A stretch of DNA of 32,000 bases from Kineococcus radiotolerans SRS30216 = ATCC BAA-149. Its GTDB lineage: Bacteria; Actinomycetota; Actinomycetes; Actinomycetales; Kineococcaceae. Positions 29,474-32,000 of the stretch are shown here, piece by piece. Location of the stretch: NCBI RefSeq assembly GCF_000017305.1, contig NC_009664.2:390001-422000 (forward strand), read 5' to 3'. The notes under the pieces were generated by a model. It saw nothing but the letters and a program-made list of their open reading frames with translations, had not been told where the DNA came from and made no database searches. Made by a program: the position numbers and the translations under genes. The stretch's first letter is position 1. Each line of letters begins with the position of its first letter.

Positions 29474-30862
29474 TCAGCGGCGCAGGACAATGAGGAACTC
29501 GATCGCCTGCTCGTCGGGGTAGGTGCCGGTGGCCTCCATCCGGAGCAGCTCCGGGCCGGTGAAGCCCAGGGAGAGCAGCCGGAACAGCCGCAGGGCGGGA
29601 TCGGGGTCGCCGGGAGCCGCTGGGGGGGCGGTGCGCAGGATGCGGTGCACGGCGGTGGCGGCCTCGCGCACCGCGACGACGTCGAGGCCCTGCAGGGCCA
29701 GGAACCAGGCCGCGGCGCGGGCGGCCTCGCGCAGGGCGTCGGGCTCGGCGGGGGCGGGCGGGGCCCCGGGCCGGTGGCGCCAGGTGGTGAGGGCGTCGCG
29801 GAAGGCCTCGGCGCGGTCCTCCTCGCCGTGGGCCAGGTGGGGGTCCCCGGCCAGGTCGCGGTAGCGGCGCACCGCGGCCCGCAGGTGGGCGCGGCCCCCG
29901 TCGCGGGCGCCGTGCCAGGCGTCGGGGTGGGTGAGGAGGGCGAAGGCCTCCAGCTGCAGCGCGGTGCCGGACAGCGCCGCGACGTCGTCGCTGACGGTGC
30001 GGGTGGGGGTGGTGGCGGCCAGGTGGGCCCGCAGGTGGTGGTCGTGGCGCTCCTCGGGGACCCCGGGGCTGCTGAACGGCGGGAGGGGCAGCTCCCCGGG
30101 CAGCAGGTGGGTCGGGGGGTCGACGTCGACGGCGGGACGGCACGCGGGGCACTCGGGCGGTGCGGTGGTCCACACCCCCAGCGCCTCCTCGCCGGGGTCG
30201 GGCAGCCGCCCCAGGGGGTGCACCCGCAGCAGCAGGACCTCCAGCCCGGCGCGCTGGCAGGCCTCGACGGTCCGGCGCCGGGCGGCGCCGAGGGGGGCGC
30301 CGGCGGGGACGACGGCGACCAGGCAGGGCCGGTCCGGGAAGCGCCCGGTGGTGTCGGCGGGCGCGCCCGCGGGCCAGCTGAGGTGCTCGGGCCAGCCGCT
30401 GCGCCGTCCCCGCCAGTCCTGCCCGGCCCAGCGCAGCAGGTCCAGCAGGACGGGGGCGGGGACCACGTCGAGGAGGGTGTGCACGGCGCGCCGGTCGCAG
30501 TCGTCGTCGGGGACGGCCCGCCCGGCCAGGGCGGCGCGGCGCCCGGCGCTGGCGTCCCACGCCCGCCGCACCCGCGCGTGCAGCTGCGCGGGGTCGGCGG
30601 GCAGGTCGGCGGGCAGGTCCACGGACCGGCTCCCCGCGGAGTCGTCGTCACCGTCCTCGGCCAGGGCGCCGAGCAGGTGGCCCAGGACGGCGGGGCCGAA
30701 GGCCATGACGTGCCGCTGCCGGGCCAGCAGGTGGGCGACGCCGTAGCGCTGGGGGGACAGGGCGGTGCGGGGGTCGTCCTCGGGGGTGGCCAGCAGGGAG
30801 TCCCGCCCGTCCAGCGTCCAGGCGAACAGGTCCTCGGTGGGGACGACGAGTCGCGCTGGCAC
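29474..30862 (-). CDS. Hypothetical 462-aa protein; its central segment resembles a catalytically degenerate VRR-NUC (FAN1-type) domain
   Basis: The frame was chosen over the overlapping 482-aa and 1073-aa ORFs because its composition is protein-like (balanced D/E/L/A) and not Pro/Arg/Ser/Cys/Trp-rich. The start is GTG. I recognised no family with confidence; see findings. Confidence 0.55.
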   Translation of the reverse strand: MPARLVVPTEDLFAWTLDGRDSLLATPEDDPRTALSPQRYGVAHLLARQRHVMAFGPAVLGHLLGALAEDGDDDSAGSRSVDLPADLPADPAQLHARVRRAWDASAGRRAALAGRAVPDDDCDRRAVHTLLDVVPAPVLLDLLRWAGQDWRGRRSGWPEHLSWPAGAPADTTGRFPDRPCLVAVVPAGAPLGAARRRTVEACQRAGLEVLLLRVHPLGRLPDPGEEALGVWTTAPPECPACRPAVDVDPPTHLLPGELPLPPFSSPGVPEERHDHHLRAHLAATTPTRTVSDDVAALSGTALQLEAFALLTHPDAWHGARDGGRAHLRAAVRRYRDLAGDPHLAHGEEDRAEAFRDALTTWRHRPGAPPAPAEPDALREAARAAAWFLALQGLDVVAVREAATAVHRILRTAPPAAPGDPDPALRLFRLLSLGFTGPELLRMEATGTYPDEQAIEFLIVLRR

Positions 30863-30909
30863 GGGCGCACGGTAGCCGCCCGGCTCCCGGCGCGGGCGCG
30901 GGCCGCCGC

Positions 30910-31587
30910 TCAGGACGGCCGCAGCAGGGCGGTGAGCAGCGCGATCCGCTCGGGGTCCAGGGTGCCGGCGCGGTGGGCGTCGGCGATCTCCGCCCCGCTG
31001 AGGCCGGCGCGGGCGGCGGCGAGCACGAGGGCGAGGTCGAGGCCGGGGTCCGGGCGGGCGGGGTCCGGGGCGGTGAGCGCGGGCCCCAGGCGGGCGGCGA
31101 GGTCGTCGCGGACGAGGGCGTAGGCCAGGACCTCGGCGGGGTCGAGGACGCGGCGGTGGCCGGTGAGGACCTGCCGGGCGCGCAGGACGCCGGTGGGGTC
31201 GCCGACGCGCAGGGCCCGGCCGTCGAGGTGGGTCGCCACGACGCGGGTGCCCAGGGCGGCGACCTCGACGTGGTGGCCGGTGGTGGCGGCCACCGCGGGC
31301 AGGAGGAGGTGGCGGTGCAGGTCGGCGTGGGCGGCGGGCCAGTCGAAGGGCGGCTGGTCGCCGGTGTCGACGTGGCGGTGGTGGGCGGCGGTCAGGCCGG
31401 TGCGGCGGGCCGGCCCGGCGAGGGGGCCGCCCGCCGCGGCCCGCCAGGCGGCCCAGAGGACGGGGGGGACCCCCCAGTGCGGGTCGGGGCGGGCGGGGGG
31501 CGGGGCGAGCAGGTCGAGGCCCTCGAGGACGAACGGCTCCCGGGGCGGCCCGGGGCGGGGGCGGCGGTGACGCCTGCGGGCGGGCAC
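30910..31587 (-). CDS. Hypothetical 225-aa His-rich protein
   Basis: It has a GTG start and lies 47 nt upstream of the 462-aa orphan on the same strand. The overlapping plus-strand 266-aa ORF has the Gly/Val/Glu/Asp-rich look of an antisense frame. No family was recognised. Confidence 0.5.
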   Translation of the reverse strand: MPARRRHRRPRPGPPREPFVLEGLDLLAPPPARPDPHWGVPPVLWAAWRAAAGGPLAGPARRTGLTAAHHRHVDTGDQPPFDWPAAHADLHRHLLLPAVAATTGHHVEVAALGTRVVATHLDGRALRVGDPTGVLRARQVLTGHRRVLDPAEVLAYALVRDDLAARLGPALTAPDPARPDPGLDLALVLAAARAGLSGAEIADAHRAGTLDPERIALLTALLRPS

Positions 31588-31619
31588 CCGTGGAGGCTAC
31601 GTCGGAGCCGGGTGCGAGG

Positions 31620-32000
31620 GTGCCCGGCGTGGACCGCTCCGACGAGCCCGACCGCGGCGGGGCCCTCCCGCCCGGGTCCCTCCCGCCCGGGGCGCTGCCC
31701 CGCCGCGGGGAGCCCCTGCCCGCGCGCTGGGGCGAGCTGCCCTGGCCGCGACCGACCCCGGCGGCACTGGTGACCGTGCTCGCCCGCGCGGTGCGGCCCC
31801 CCGGCGCCGACGACCTGCCGCCCTCTCCGGCGCGGGCGGGGGGCGCGCCCGGCCCGTGGCCCGCCCGCCGGGTCCCCGGCCGGCCGGGGACCGTCCGCGG
31901 CGCGTCCCGGCCCGCCCCGGCGGTGGACCCCGCGGAGCTGCCCGAGTACGCCCGGGTGCGGGCCGCGACGGGGGTCGCGGCCCTGTCGGAGGCGGAGCTC
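31620..32000 (+). CDS. Possible 5' part of a protein-coding gene running off the right edge (function unknown)
   Basis: The frame is open from GTG 31620 to nt 32000 (127 codons), and nearly every third codon position is G/C. It is Pro/Arg/Ala-rich and becomes more protein-like at the end (DPAELPEYARVRAATGVAALSEAEL). It is not in the ORF track because no stop falls in the window. Confidence 0.3.
   Translation, partial: MPGVDRSDEPDRGGALPPGSLPPGALPRRGEPLPARWGELPWPRPTPAALVTVLARAVRPPGADDLPPSPARAGGAPGPWPARRVPGRPGTVRGASRPAPAVDPAELPEYARVRAATGVAALSEAEL

Noticed and set aside
29422-30870. 482-aa minus-strand ORF as an alternative to the 462-aa orphan.
   Set aside because: Its composition (very rich in Pro, Thr, Ser, Cys, Trp and Arg; for example MRPCQRDSSSPPRTCSPGRW) is typical of a shifted frame in G+C-rich coding DNA. 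The 462-aa frame has ordinary protein composition. Codon-position G+C statistics would settle it, and I could not compute them rigorously.
27339-31123. 1073-aa minus-strand ORF (27339-30560) and 1178-aa plus-strand ORF (27587-31123).
   Set aside because: Both overlap the ABC exporter, which has intact Walker A, signature and Walker B motifs in another frame. Their translations are Arg/Pro or Gly/Glu/Asp/Val low-complexity runs. They are off-frame and antisense artefacts.
30910-31587. His/Asp pattern in the 225-aa orphan (HRHVD at residues 70-74, GHH 104-106, GD 129-130, GH 143-144), which superficially resembles the metallo-beta-lactamase motif order.
   Set aside because: The spacing is much more compressed than in real MBL-fold proteins. 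The sixth position of HxHxDH is Thr. The N-terminal 60 residues are Pro/Arg-rich, not the expected beta-strands. I treat the protein as unassigned.

Overview
Very high-G+C (by eye well over 70%) Actinomycetota chromosomal segment; the mycothiol gene mshC is present. It is almost fully coding, with about 30 protein genes. I recognised no rRNA, tRNA, CRISPR, integrase or transposase. Stop codons are rare at this G+C, so the six-frame track holds many long spurious ORFs (antisense or off-frame, Arg/Pro/Gly-rich) and many real ORFs over-extended at the 5' end. I chose frames by motif content and trimmed starts to in-frame ATG/GTG/TTG codons; many of these overlap the upstream stop (GTGA/TTGA). Layout: 1-2026 (+) holds two AIM24-family paralogues and an M19 dipeptidase. 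2061-5491 (-) holds mshC plus the conserved actinobacterial trio of SCO1664-family kinase-like protein, DUF3090 and histidine phosphatase. 5598-6638 (+) is corA. 6684-8819 (-) is a Tat-signal GH71-like glycanase with a DNRLRE-type C-terminal module. 9014-23148 is a Wzx/Wzy-type surface-polysaccharide locus that uses GDP-fucose. It holds three glycosyltransferases, a WcaF-like acetyltransferase, fcl, gmd, wzy, wzx, a Wzz-like protein and a TagD-like cytidylyltransferase. It also holds a dead-cytidylyltransferase::CDP-alcohol phosphotransferase fusion and a 1009-aa secreted propeller/FN3/LamG/FN3/DNRLRE protein. 23254-24099 (-) is uppP. After that come a small poly-Asp-tailed protein, a DUF5703-like protein, an APC permease, an LLM flavin oxidoreductase, an ABC exporter, two orphan proteins (462 and 225 aa) and a partial ORF at the right edge. 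Best candidates for something new: (i) the live/dead cytidylyltransferase pair wired to a CDP-alcohol phosphotransferase inside the polysaccharide operon (17279-18876); (ii) the giant secreted multidomain protein translationally coupled to that module, which shares a C-terminal module with the neighbouring GH71 enzyme; (iii) the mshC-linked trio of unknown function, including a candidate for the unassigned MshA2 phosphatase; (iv) the 462-aa orphan with a catalytically degenerate VRR-NUC-like segment. All family assignments come from motif recognition by eye and need HMM or structure confirmation.
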